DNA of 63,918 bases, filler included, from Streblomastix strix (lineage: Eukaryota), in NCBI GenBank assembly GCA_008636045.1. It is 4 parts of 4 records of this genome, joined end to end, with 100 filler letters (N's around TTAATTAATTAA, not from the genome) between each part and the next. Parts side by side here need not be neighbours in the genome. Positions count along the whole stretch, not along the records: positions 48,019 to 63,918 come from SNRW01000910.1; 3 more parts are not named here. One strand, 5' to 3'. The position numbers and the translations under genes are program-made. The first letter of the stretch is position 1. Each line of letters opens with the position of its first letter. The notes beneath the pieces were generated by a model. The model was not told the DNA's origin. It worked only from the letters and a program-made list of their open reading frames with translations, and did no database searches. Positions 52,479-63,918 of the stretch are shown piece after piece.

Positions 52479-53504
52479 ATGGCTGTTCCAGAAGAATACA
52501 ACGTTATTGGCGGATTACTTGGACTCGGACCAGACATATTGTTAGAGATTCTGTCTGAATTTAGATTGATTCCAAATGTTGCCTAGTTCCTTGGTGTGGG
52601 TAAGAAGACGCATCAATTGATAAAACAATCCAGATTCATCAAAATAATTGAATAAATGAGTATAAATAAAGAATAAAATAATTTATACTTTTATTTTATT
52701 CTATTTCATTTAATTCAGATTATTCTATTGCTATAATCAACAAAGATCCTGATTGCATTGAATTAATTGATATTGATGGTGTCCAGAAGAAGATAAATAA
52801 GAAAAAAGATGGGTGCAACACAATCTCATTAGACCAGGTGCTTGAAAATGGGATTTGGTCACTAGAAACTATGTTATAGAATGCATATGGAAATGCTGGT
52901 TTGAAATTATTATTTTTATATTCTTTTATTTTCATTTTTTTGTTTTTCAGCTATTGGCATTGTTCGTGATTCATATGATATTCCTGCAAATGCCTATTAT
53001 GCTTCTAAACCTCGTTTGTTTATCCATTTTTTGTTATTTATTAAGTTTATTATTTATTATTATATTTAGATAATTAAAATATTGCTGCTTTTAGTGGAGG
53101 GTTTGAATAAATAAATTATTTATTCAATTTAATATAATTTATTAAACCATTGTATAATTTTTAGAGAATTTGATTATCCAGTTTGGTATTAAGGGTAAGG
53201 AACTTATTACAATGATAAATTCAAAGACAATCAGATCTTGAGACTTGAATTTGATTCATTTGAAGGAACATTGATCTTATTCATAGACAATGTTCAACAA
53301 CCAGTCTACTTTTCTGGAATCAAAGAGAAAGTGCGATTTATTGTATGAAAATAAAATTATTTAGTTGACTAATAAAAATTATTATTATTAATTTGTAAGT
53401 TATACATGTACATTACTGGGTCTTGTTGCACAATTCAATCATTAAAGTAATTCAGAAAACCAACTTCAGTACATTTAGAGGACGAAAAGGCTGTTTAATG
53501 GTGA
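52479..53504 (+). CDS. F-box-like N-terminus plus SPRY/B30.2-like beta-sandwich protein
   Basis: MAVPEEYNVIGGLLGLGPDILLEILSE..TISLDQVLENGIWSLE..AIGIVRDSYDIP..FKDNQILRLEFDSFEGTLILFIDNVQQPVYFSGIKEKVRF..; several introns; TGA at 53502-53504. Confidence 0.65.
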
Positions 53505-53970
53505 AATTAGACTAATAAAAGGAATGCAACCCGACATTTCAAATAAATCTTATCAAGATAATTCTATTAAAAAATTTAATTAAATTGCTGTTTGCGGACG
53601 AACAAGTTCATAATATAGCATGCTCATTCTCAATTGTTATTTAAATATAGGTTCTTGTTTAATATACTAAAGAATATTAGTTAGACCTATTTTGTCTGCT
53701 CTATAATTTAATATTTTTTTATATCGGCTGCCAACTTATGAGTATATTTAAAATCAGCATTTTGAATATATAAATCGAATTATAATATTTTTATTTCATT
53801 TAATTGATAATTTTTATATGAAAACTAAGCAAATATATTTTAAAAAACAAGATTATTATTTTTTTTTTATTTATTCACAAAAATCGCGGCAAATTCATGA
53901 TATTTATTTAAATATATTTATTTTCTTATAAATTTATATATATTTCAAAGTAAATTTGTTTTATCAAGCA

Positions 53971-55699
53971 ATGGCACATATAATAAGTCAAGATTTCAAG
54001 TGGTACGAAATGTAAAATAAACCCTGGTCAGCCTATCGTATATCCACACTACATCGCTTCTCAGACGGAGAGAAAGAGCTCAATGAACTTGCGAGCTCAG
54101 TGCAGAAGTTCTTTGCAAATTTAATTTAAAAATCAAAATTGACTATTAAATCAAATATTACAAATATTGTTGCAAACACACTTCGACCTCTGGATTTCGC
54201 TTACGAAGGAAGCGTCGCAATTTGCGCTCGCAATAGCGCTCTTCCTGGCGAGATTCCACTTGCTGTAGTGTTTTGCGGAAGAAAGTCTAGCTCTCGAAAA
54301 ATTTCAAGGTTTGCTCAATGAGTAATATTTTGATGGTTGAGTTATTCATATATTATTTTATATTCATATATTATTTTATATTCATTATTTTTCATACAAC
54401 TCATTCAGTTTATATCCAATCATGTATCTAACCGGAACGCGTTTTTACACGTCATCAATTATAAAGTGGCTTTAGATCCGATTTGATTGCCAGATTGTTC
54501 CATTGCACCCCACCGCGTATGAGATGTCAGTATTGGCTGAGGAATGGCTCTCCTATTCAGATCAGACCGACAGCATTGGATCAGATAACGACCCAACAAG
54601 CGTACAATAAGAAGTAATGGAGGATCTGATACAGGGTGTGCATAGCCCTGCTTCAGAAGTTAGGCCAGATGTGAGAAGAAAGAAAATAAAATTCCAGTTT
54701 GACAAACCTGCTGAACTTCTTTGCGACGACATTAAGGATCTCTCGTCGGAGTTTACCTGGGAAAGTATCAAAGAATCAGCAAAGAAGTTCTTCAAAGCTG
54801 AAAACAAGCGCACCCTCCAGAACATAATCGATGCCAGATCACCCAATTTTGATCTTCGGCCTTTAAGCCCACAATAGATACAACAACAACAATAATAACA
54901 ATCCAATTAATTCCCATAGACACTCATTTCACCTTACACTTCACATACACGAATATTCACTACTCCAAATGTGCATCAAGATTAGGATGAGCAATAATAG
55001 AGGGATGAAAGAGCACTTAAATACATTGGAGGGTTAATTAAAGCTTAGAAAATGATTAATAGACCACTTTTTGATATTGGGAAATAATAATAATAATAGA
55101 AAGATAGATAAAGCCAGAAACGTGGAGATCTGCTTTCAGATAATGAAGATAATGAAACTGAATATACAGATATTGGTGGTATGAATAGAAACGATACAAT
55201 CACTGATAATTAATCTGGTGATGATAATTTATGGTTGGACGAAGATGATGAATTGTATTAAAGAAGCAGATCAATTAAAAGGGATAAAGATAAGCAAGAT
55301 TCAATTAATAGATACGAAGGAGTAGTTCAGTAATTGAAAGATAGAGGTGGAGTAGATAGATTCATTCTTGGATTGGTTGAAGGATCAAATTAATAAGAAT
55401 TGAATGATAAAGAGAAAGAGAAGACTAAAGATAAATAAATGAATAAAGATGAATAAGAAGATGAAGATGAAGAAGATGATGATGATAATACATATGCAGA
55501 TCCACAATTCCTGACTCCATTTGTATCAACAGTTGTTGGGCAGATGACTGTTTCCCTTGGTATCGATGTGTCAAGGTTTCCAATCAGAGCTTTTTCGACT
55601 CCTGATGCTTCATTAGTAAATGATGGTCGCATTCGCATCTTCACGCGGTCAGTGTTGCGTCGCGTGCTCCTTTCAATATAGCAGTGTTTTGCACACTGA
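53971..55699 (+). CDS. CENPL: Centromere protein L (CENP-L/Fta1/Iml3 family) with a low-complexity insertion; one intron at about 54309-54408
   Basis: NKPWSAYRISTLHRF; LYPIMYLTGTRFYTSSIIKWLQIRFDCQIVPL..MSVLAEEW; LGIDVSRFPIRAFSTPDASLVNDGRIRIF. These match, in order, the three conserved CENP-L blocks as recalled. Confidence 0.75.
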
Positions 55700-56452
55700 G
55701 CGTATTTCACTTCATTATTTAATATAAAAAGTTAATTGCTGATTGCAACTCCTAAAAATATAATATTTAAATTCTTTTTCGTTAATTGTGATGGGCAAAC
55801 TGAAAAACGTGGCAAATACGTGTTATAATGAATTAAATCCTAAATATAATTCACTTTTAAATCTTTTTACTAGAAATTTGACAATAGGTTTACTATAAGT
55901 TTTATTTTTATTTTAAGTTTGCTCGTTTTTTGCTAAATTAATTTTTCTTGAAAAAATGTCTTACAACTCCATATCTAATTTTAATATATTAAATTTAGCA
56001 ATTTTCAGCAGGTTTATTTATATTAAAAAAATATATATTTTGCATAAAACTATGGAGAAAATTATTCAAAAATTTGAACCCCGATTTCCTCTCCTATCTA
56101 AAATGAAAATCTAATTTATTATAGTTGAAATTACTAAAAATTATAATGCGAATATATATTAACATAAAACATTGACAATTACCCCAAAATTTTCCAAATA
56201 TGCTCATATAAATTTTTTTCTAAAAAATCACTCATAATTTTGATGTCGGATTATATTTTTATTCAATATTGTATTTAAAAATCTCTATTCACATTTTATT
56301 CATTTTTTAAACTAATTTTTAAATATTAATAATCAGCATTCATCATTAATTTAATCTTTCTATGCAACTAAAATAAAACCACTTTATTTTTGAAAATAAT
56401 TGTATTTTTATTTCAATTTCATTGTTTATTATTCATTACAGTTTCATAAACG

Positions 56453-59400
56453 ATGTTTTAATCAAATTCTCGATATAGTTAAGAGGTATTATCATAGTTT
56501 TCAGAAGAAACAATGAAATTTAATGAACGAGGTGGATTTTTAGAGCCTTTGAATGATGACGAAACTCTCAGTTCTTCAAAACATCTAACATGGATTTCTT
56601 ACGGTACAATACTACATATTAAACCTACATTTTCAAATAAGACAAAATAAATAAATTTAGATGTCGGATAATTGCTTGATTTGTAATAACAATCAAATGT
56701 TTAAGATAATTAATATTGCATTTAAGATGTTTCTCTTTGTAGAAATAATGGCTTATTGATTGCACTTGAAAATGGTATCCTAATCTTTGTAGCAAATTTC
56801 TAATTTGATGATAATCATGAATATTTGGTTCAATAATAAAATATTCTACGAATTGATCTACCTATTTCATCCATAGATAATGATAAGCTTCTATGCATTC
56901 GAGAATGTACCCCCATTGGATTTATAATCTCCTCTCAATATGGTTTCATCTATCTTCTTTCAATTATTTTGAACTCTGAATTCATTTTTGAAGTTAAGAT
57001 TATTTCACTCATTCAACCTATTTTTGAATTAAAATGGGATATATCTAGCATATTTGGATCACAAAGAAAAATAATTAATGAGAATATAGTTTAAGTCATT
57101 ATTTCACAATAAATACCTACTAACTCTAAAGAATAAAAATATAATAATAAATAAAAATACAATTAAAATTTAAATAAAATAAATCTTACTCCAAATATTA
57201 GAAAATAAAGAACATTATTTGTATTAACTGAATCAACTCTTTACAGTTGGAATATATTTTCTGATTGTCTTAACAATTTTTCTTCTTATTCTCAACATAT
57301 TTTAGATAATAATAAAATAGCTTCAATTTCAGCAGAATAAGTAAATAAAATAATACTCAAAACATCACCATAAATATAATTAAAGAAAATCATCAAAAAA
57401 TTGAAAAATTTATAAGAAAAAGAAAAGAAATAAAATATTGAATAGGAATCAAATACATTTTCCCCACCTATTTTATCCAATTCTCGTTTAATACCCACAT
57501 TATAATTAAAATAATTATAATCTCCATTTGATTAATCAATGATTCATTCATCTAAATTATAAAGCAACTCTCCATCATAATCATCAAGAGAAAGAAGTTC
57601 AGATTCAATTGAATAAAGAAATTAAATTCCTTCAATTATGGATCTGAATGAAATAGAATAGAAATAAGAAAATGAATAATAAAATATTAGTAATAGTTAA
57701 ACTCTATCATAAATATCAACACCACAAAGTATACATAATAATATATTAGAAAATAATTAATCTTATACAGCTCAAATATCCACTTAACCATTATTTACAA
57801 AGTCTTAACATGATAAATATTCAAATCCGAAACATAAATCTTCTTCATTTTCTCCTTCAATTATGCGATCTTAATCACAATTTATGATTCCACAGCCATA
57901 AAAATAATTTTTACTGAGACAATAATCATTATAATCGAACTGTCAAAAATAATCACCTTCAATTCTTTCTTCTACTTTTCAAAGCCAATAGTTTAATTCA
58001 TCATTTTCTGTCTAATCTCCACAGTCGTTATAATCATATTAACTGAATGCAGTTGAACAACAATAATAATCTTCATCATCGTTATAATAATTAGATTCCA
58101 ATCAAATATCATTCAATTTTACATTCATTCAACCAACTCATATTGTTAATCTGAAAGAATAACTCATATCTCTGCATTACAAAGAAGAAATGAAAACACT
58201 TCAGAAAAAACAAAAAGAAAGATTAAAACAGTTTGAAATGCGCGAAGAGAACAAATTTGAGAAAAATCGATAAAAATCTGGGAAATTGATAAATAAGAGG
58301 AAAAATAAAGAAGAATAACAGAAAGAATAAGAAAGAGTATTGAATGAAATAAAAGAATAAATGAAATAAGAAGTAATTGATGTGAATGTCGTGTTATGTG
58401 ATGTTACTATGGTTCTGAAGCAGAAATTCTAGCGAATCAAAATAAGCAACAAATTAGATGTATAAAAAGATGAATAAAATATTGATCTTCCATTCTTCCT
58501 TGTTTTACTCTATTCATGTTCAATTGAATTAAGAAATAACAACAAACTTTCCTCTTTATCATCATCATCTTCTTCTTCATCATCTTCTTCTTCATTAACT
58601 TCTTCTTCTTATTCCAAATCATTTTCCTCATAATTTTCACCATTTCATGAAGACACTCTCAGGATGGTCTGTTTATCAGCATCAGAATTCCACTTACCAA
58701 ATCATACAACTCCATTCATTCCAATCGATCCAAGTTTAACTGATGAATTAAATAAGCTGAATTCGAGAGAAAGAAGATTTAATTCTCAACAATCAATGAA
58801 TATAAGTGTGATAAAAAATAAGAAGAAAAATAATAAGAAATAAGTTGAATAAGAAGAAGAAGGTAAAACAAGCAGAGAAAATAGTGGTATAGGTAATGAA
58901 ATTGTGATATTGGATGATAATTAATCAATTGAAAGGCCTAAAATAATTATTCCATCTGCTATTATTGGATTTGATTAATATTATGATGAAGAAATTTAAG
59001 GAAAGAATGAAGATTTTTAATAATTGATAATAGATTAATTAAATTACTCAAACAAACTAGACTAGATTAATGAAGAAGACAAAGACAGAAATGATGATAT
59101 TGAATAAAATGTAAAAGAAAACAGTAAAGAATTAATTTCCAATTAAACATTGGAAGAAGAGTTAAATCCATCTTCAACTCTCACATTTTGGAATAAGAAA
59201 AATAAATAGAATAAAAAAGAAGAAATAATTCAGAAAAATAAATAAATAAATAAATAAAAAAATGAACATTCTGACAATTACACGATTCAGTTCTTCCCTC
59301 TAAACACACATTTGGATGCGTTCATCTACACAAAGAATCAGATTTCACTCACTCGCTGTCCAATTGACACGAGACAACCGCAATCAATTTGTTTTCCTTC

Positions 59401-61816
59401 AAATAATTGCATTTGTTCTTGTGTTGGAATTCCGTATGCTAAAATAAGTAATAAACAAATTGAAAAAGAGATCATTAGTATTGTTAGACAGTAAATTGAT
59501 TAATAATTTGGATTTTCTTATGAATAAGAATAAAATGAAGATAATACAGAAATACGTGAAAATAAAAATAATTAATTAATAGAAAAAGAATTAGATGATT
59601 AAATATAAAATGTTGAAGTGGATAATTTATCATATAACTCTGAAAATAAAATTGAATCAGATAATAATAGTTTTAATGATATTAAAGAAGATTAAATTCC
59701 ACATTCATTATATGATGATTTATAATTAATATCACTTAATAAGAAGAAAATACAAATTTCTGACTTTCGACTTAATATAATAGAGAAATGTTTTGACATT
59801 ATTTAGAAGAGAAACAAATAAATATTAAACTCAATCTACTTAAACTATAATTAAATTGATAACAATAATATATAAACTTCTTATTAAAACAATAACTTAA
59901 ATGAATAAATATTGAATAATCAATAATAATAATTCAGTAATTAAACAAATGAAGAAACATATTCTTTCCTCCGATACTTCAAATCCGAAGTTGCAATGAA
60001 AATAGAAGATGCTAAAAACTATGCAACTGAAGTCCTTCAGAAGTTTTGGAGTCCAATATCTCCATTATTAATTGATCCTTGTTCATTTGCATCTTCTTAA
60101 TCAATTAACACTGATTATTCTTCTTAAAATTAAATCTAACATCCATTAGAGATTCTTCCTTAAATTACACCTACTCATTCGCATGTTACTTCCACCATTG
60201 ATTCTCCTTATTATATACAATAGACAGATTAATTGCAGCCTTTTAATTCAACTCCAATATCACAGTCATTGTTACAGAATTAGTTGGAATTGCAGTAATT
60301 GTCCAATTCTCCTCTGATATACAAATCACCTTCTTCTTCTTTGCTTTCTCAGACTAAACACTTATCTGTTTCAAATATAGATAATAGTTATGATGGAAAA
60401 TAATATATCCTTAATTAAGATGAATTAAATAATAGTCATAAAATTGAACTTTTTTATAATCATCAAAATAATAATCTATAAAATAATTTAATTGAAAGTT
60501 AAAACAATTCATAATAATTTTAATTGTCTCCTTCTTCTTAACTTTCTCAAACAATGTAGTTATCTGTTTCAAATTTGGACAGAAATGATGAAAAATAATA
60601 AATTATTAATAATGATAAAATAATTAATAATACAAATCATGATCATTCTAATAATAATCTAAATAATGATAAATAAAATAATAAAATCAGTAAATAAAGC
60701 AAATCATTACAACTTCCTTTCTCGCTTCTTTTTATTTGCCAATAACAAGATATAATATAATTAACATAATTAGATTAATCTTCACTTCTTCAACAATAAT
60801 TATTGGAGAATGAAATTGCTGAATAAAAAAATGAAATAAAAGAAGATATTTCAAATAATTCAATTAATAATAATTCAAATATTCATCAAAATTTGCTTGA
60901 CGAATATAATTATATTTTAAATAATATAAATAGAAATGATAATAATGAGAATAATCTGATTTTAATAAAAGATCCTATCACTCTTTTTATCCAATCAGTA
61001 ATTGAAATTGAAAGAGATAAATTAAAATAAAAATAAAATGAAGAAAAGGAAAGTGTGGAAAAGAAAGAATAAGAAATAGAATAAGAGAAAGAATAAGAAT
61101 AAGAATACGAATATTTGAAAGAATAAAAGAAAAAATAAGAATAAGAATAATAATAATAAAAAGAATAAGAATAAAAATAAAAGAAAGAATAAGAGAAAGA
61201 ACAAGAATAAGAATAAGAGAAAGAATAATAATAAGAGAAAGAATAAAAGAAAGAAAAAGAATAAGAGAAAAAATAAGAATAAGAATAAGAATAAGATAAA
61301 GAAACCATTGGAGAATGGTAATAAAATACAGATTTAATAAAAGAAAAAGTAATGAAACGTAACAAAGAAGTTAAAATTGAAAGAGAAATAAATCTGAAAA
61401 TAGTTGGCAAATTAAAGTAAAAACAGAATAATAAATAAATTCAGACCGTAAAAAAGGATAATTAGTATTTTGGATTATTTTTAGCGATGAAAAAGTTATA
61501 GTTGTTATAAGACATTGAAACAGATAATTTAGAGGATAATCTTGATTATTAGAATTCTAGAAACAATGCTTTACTTGACATTGACTAATAGCTAGTTGAA
61601 TTTAATATGAGTATTAATTTGACTTAATATAATTGAATTTAATGAGTGTTAATTTGACTAAATAAAACTGAATAAAATGTAATCAATACTTACTATATTG
61701 CAGTATTTTTTATCTTATGGATTTTAAAGTACAATGTAAAAAATATAAGAATTTCATAAAAAATAAAAAAAAGGTCTATTTCTCCATGGAAAAGAGTTTT
61801 TAAATTGCGATATTGA
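56453..61816 (+). CDS. Large Q/E/K-rich protein with a Nup133-like N-terminal beta-propeller
   Basis: Exon of about 5.1 kb under table 6: LTWISYGTILHI..GLLIALENGILIF..PIGFIISSQYGFIYLL..ISSIFGS..LFVLTESTLYSWNI. Putative intron 61611-61703 and stop 61814-61816. Confidence 0.5.
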
Positions 61817-61936
61817 AATAAACTATATAAAATTCAATTTTAATAAACTTTATTTAATTTACTAATTAATTTGCCACAATAAAAATTTCATAAAAATTAA
61901 TAAAATTTCATTACCCTCATTTCTACGATTCAACAG

Positions 61937-63918
61937 ATGGATTGGGAAGATATTATTAGAAAAGCAGAATATACAAATGAACAAACTTATCTCGCTGGGT
62001 TTGACATTTTTATTTTTTATTTATTTCCAAATTATTTTATTTATTTCCAAATTATTTTTATTTATTTCCAAATCATATTTATTTATTTATTATTATAGAA
62101 CAATTCCATACATGGTATGAAATAATATTTCAGTTAAATGTATAAAATTAAATTATTTTTTTAGGCATATGAAATGTTCCAAGAGCCAATAATTGTAACT
62201 CAGAAAGTAGATTTATATGCTCTTGGCATTACATTCTACAAACTTATAACTCACAAATATCCTGTGAATGAAAGAAACTTCAAAGAATAAAGAATGTATT
62301 AATTAATTTCATTTTATTTTAATAATTTTTTTTAATATTTAATTTATTGATTTAAAACAGAAAAATTTGCCAAATGAAGTGTATTGAAAGACCAAAAGAG
62401 ATAAAAGATGACCTTCTTTGGGATCTTCTTTCATAATTATTAGAGTTTGATCCAGACAAAAGAATAACAGCAGCCGAAGCGCTTCAACATCCATATTTTA
62501 CTTTGCAAGAAGCAAAGAATGATATTTCATCAGAGTAGAAAAGACTTGCTCATATGGCAGTTATAGCTGAATTGTATGGAGATTAATATATATCTGATTA
62601 TGATAAGGACCCTTCTTTAATTGTTGCTGAACCAATAATTTAATAATTCTTGAATGAAGAAATAAAATAAAATAAAATTATATTAAATTACATATAAGAA
62701 AATAAAGATAAAAAAGCAAAAGATTTAGAAGAATGGCAGCACAACAGGAAAGAAAAATAAAAAGAAGAAATTGATTAAGAAGATTATATTCCAAATAAAT
62801 CTAATTCATAAGGAGGTATGGAAGATTAAATTAATAAAAATGAAGATAATTAATTTGAATTAAATAACAAAAATTAATAAAAACAATAATAAGATAATAA
62901 TGTTTAAAGTTCAAATTAATAAAAGATAAAAGATTAAAATTCAACAATAAATAAAGATAAATTGAATGATAAATGAATAATAATTGATTAAAAGTAAATA
63001 TTAAAAAACAATAATAAGATGACTGAATAAAGATAAATTTAAGAAATTATTGAGGATGAACAACTTGAATTTGTATTGAAAATTTCTTTAGATTAATAAA
63101 ACAAAAGGAATGAAATAAAAGAAAAAGAAAAAGAATAATATATTGAAAATATATAAAATTTGGAGCATGCAATATAACTCCAGTATAAGGATGATAGTTA
63201 TAAAAGCTATCTTTTGCGTGATAATAATTAACATTTAGATTCTTCAATTGGAATAAAGAATGATTAATAAATAAATTCATAAACAGAAAAAATTCCTATA
63301 ATAGACTAACATCAATAAATATAAATATAATCAAATGATTCATCAGAATATTATAATCCTTATGAAAATATATAATAATCTAATTATTAATAATAATCAA
63401 CTTCATAAAAAATTTCATCAAAATCAATTCCATCTTAAATTATTTTATCAAAACAAACTGAAATTTTATAATAAACATAAGAATAGTAAGAATAAGATAA
63501 ACAATATCAATTTGACAATCCATATGGACAATCATTACCATCATCATAATCTTCTTCTGAGAAAGTTTTAATTAATTTTTCTTAGAATTAAATAATACCT
63601 AAATCTTAAATATAATTTGATTAATAAATATATTAAGATAAATCAAAAATTCATTCTTAATCAGAATTTCTGCCAAATCCAAAATTAAATCATTTTTCAT
63701 TTCCATTAATGGTGACCGTAGAACAATTATTAGCAGAAAGAGATTTAATTGAATTAAATTCGACATTGGAATAAATCAAAGAGAAATTTGAGAAATTTGA
63801 AAATTAATCACTTCTATAAAGGGATATTAATTGCTCAAATCTCATTAAACTTCTTCATGGAAATGAATAAAATTGTATTAAAGCTAAATAACTTGGAATT
63901 ATTGACATTCTCTTTTAT
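61937..63918 (+). pseudogene. Internally deleted Ser/Thr kinase (C-lobe only) followed by a low-complexity region; runs off the window
   Basis: MDWEDIIRKAEYTNEQTYLAG|TIPYM|AYEMF..KVDLYALGITFYKLITHKYP..LLEFDPDKRITAAEALQHPYF. No GxGxxG, VAIK, HRD or DFG; in-frame TGA at 62974-62976. Confidence 0.7.

Noticed and set aside
60990..61310. GAATAA/GAAAAA hexamer array resembling a satellite or CRISPR-like repeat
   Set aside because: It is coding low-complexity sequence (EQEQEKEQ) within the Nup133-like frame; no repeat-spacer structure.
61611..62000. Fusion of the Nup133-like gene to the kinase C-lobe
   Set aside because: The most natural splice gives a stop at 61814-61816, and the kinase fragment has its own ATG at 61937.
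3925..63571. Most ORFs in the supplied six-frame track (I/L/F/Y-rich or K/M-rich peptides)
   Set aside because: Computed with the standard code; they are mostly antisense or off-frame shadows of table-6 genes, or lie in introns. A few are fragments of real genes (e.g. 36848, 38348, 41631, 47268, 54617).

Overview
AT-rich, intron-rich eukaryotic DNA that reads with TAA/TAG = Gln and TGA as stop (translation table 6). This fits an oxymonad such as Streblomastix, but the organism is inferred. The supplied standard-code ORF track therefore misses nearly all real genes. The window is four unrelated contigs of about 15.9 kb joined by N-TTAATTAATTAA-N linkers. Contig 1 (1-15910): a cyanobacterial-type (Pkn2-like, 4-Cys prefix) Ser/Thr kinase with introns, TFIIE-alpha, and a large SH3-NEK-like pseudokinase. 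Contig 2 (16011-31918): axonemal dynein p28 (DNALI1) and a 13.6-kb low-complexity gene ending in an MTBP/Sld7-like domain. Contig 3 (32019-47918): intron-free and made of two related, nested Polinton/Maverick-like elements written in the host code. They carry Prim-Pol/SF3 helicase genes flanked by copy-specific pentamer repeats, a Fic enzyme, an AT-hook protein, an RVE integrase, a fibre-like repeat gene, and a protein-primed PolB with an internal HNH domain interrupted by a TA-targeting MITE. Contig 4 (48019-63918): SAMHD1-like dNTPase, an F-box-like/SPRY-like protein, CENP-L, a Nup133-like protein and an internally deleted kinase. All calls come from manual translation and recalled motifs; no database searches were run.
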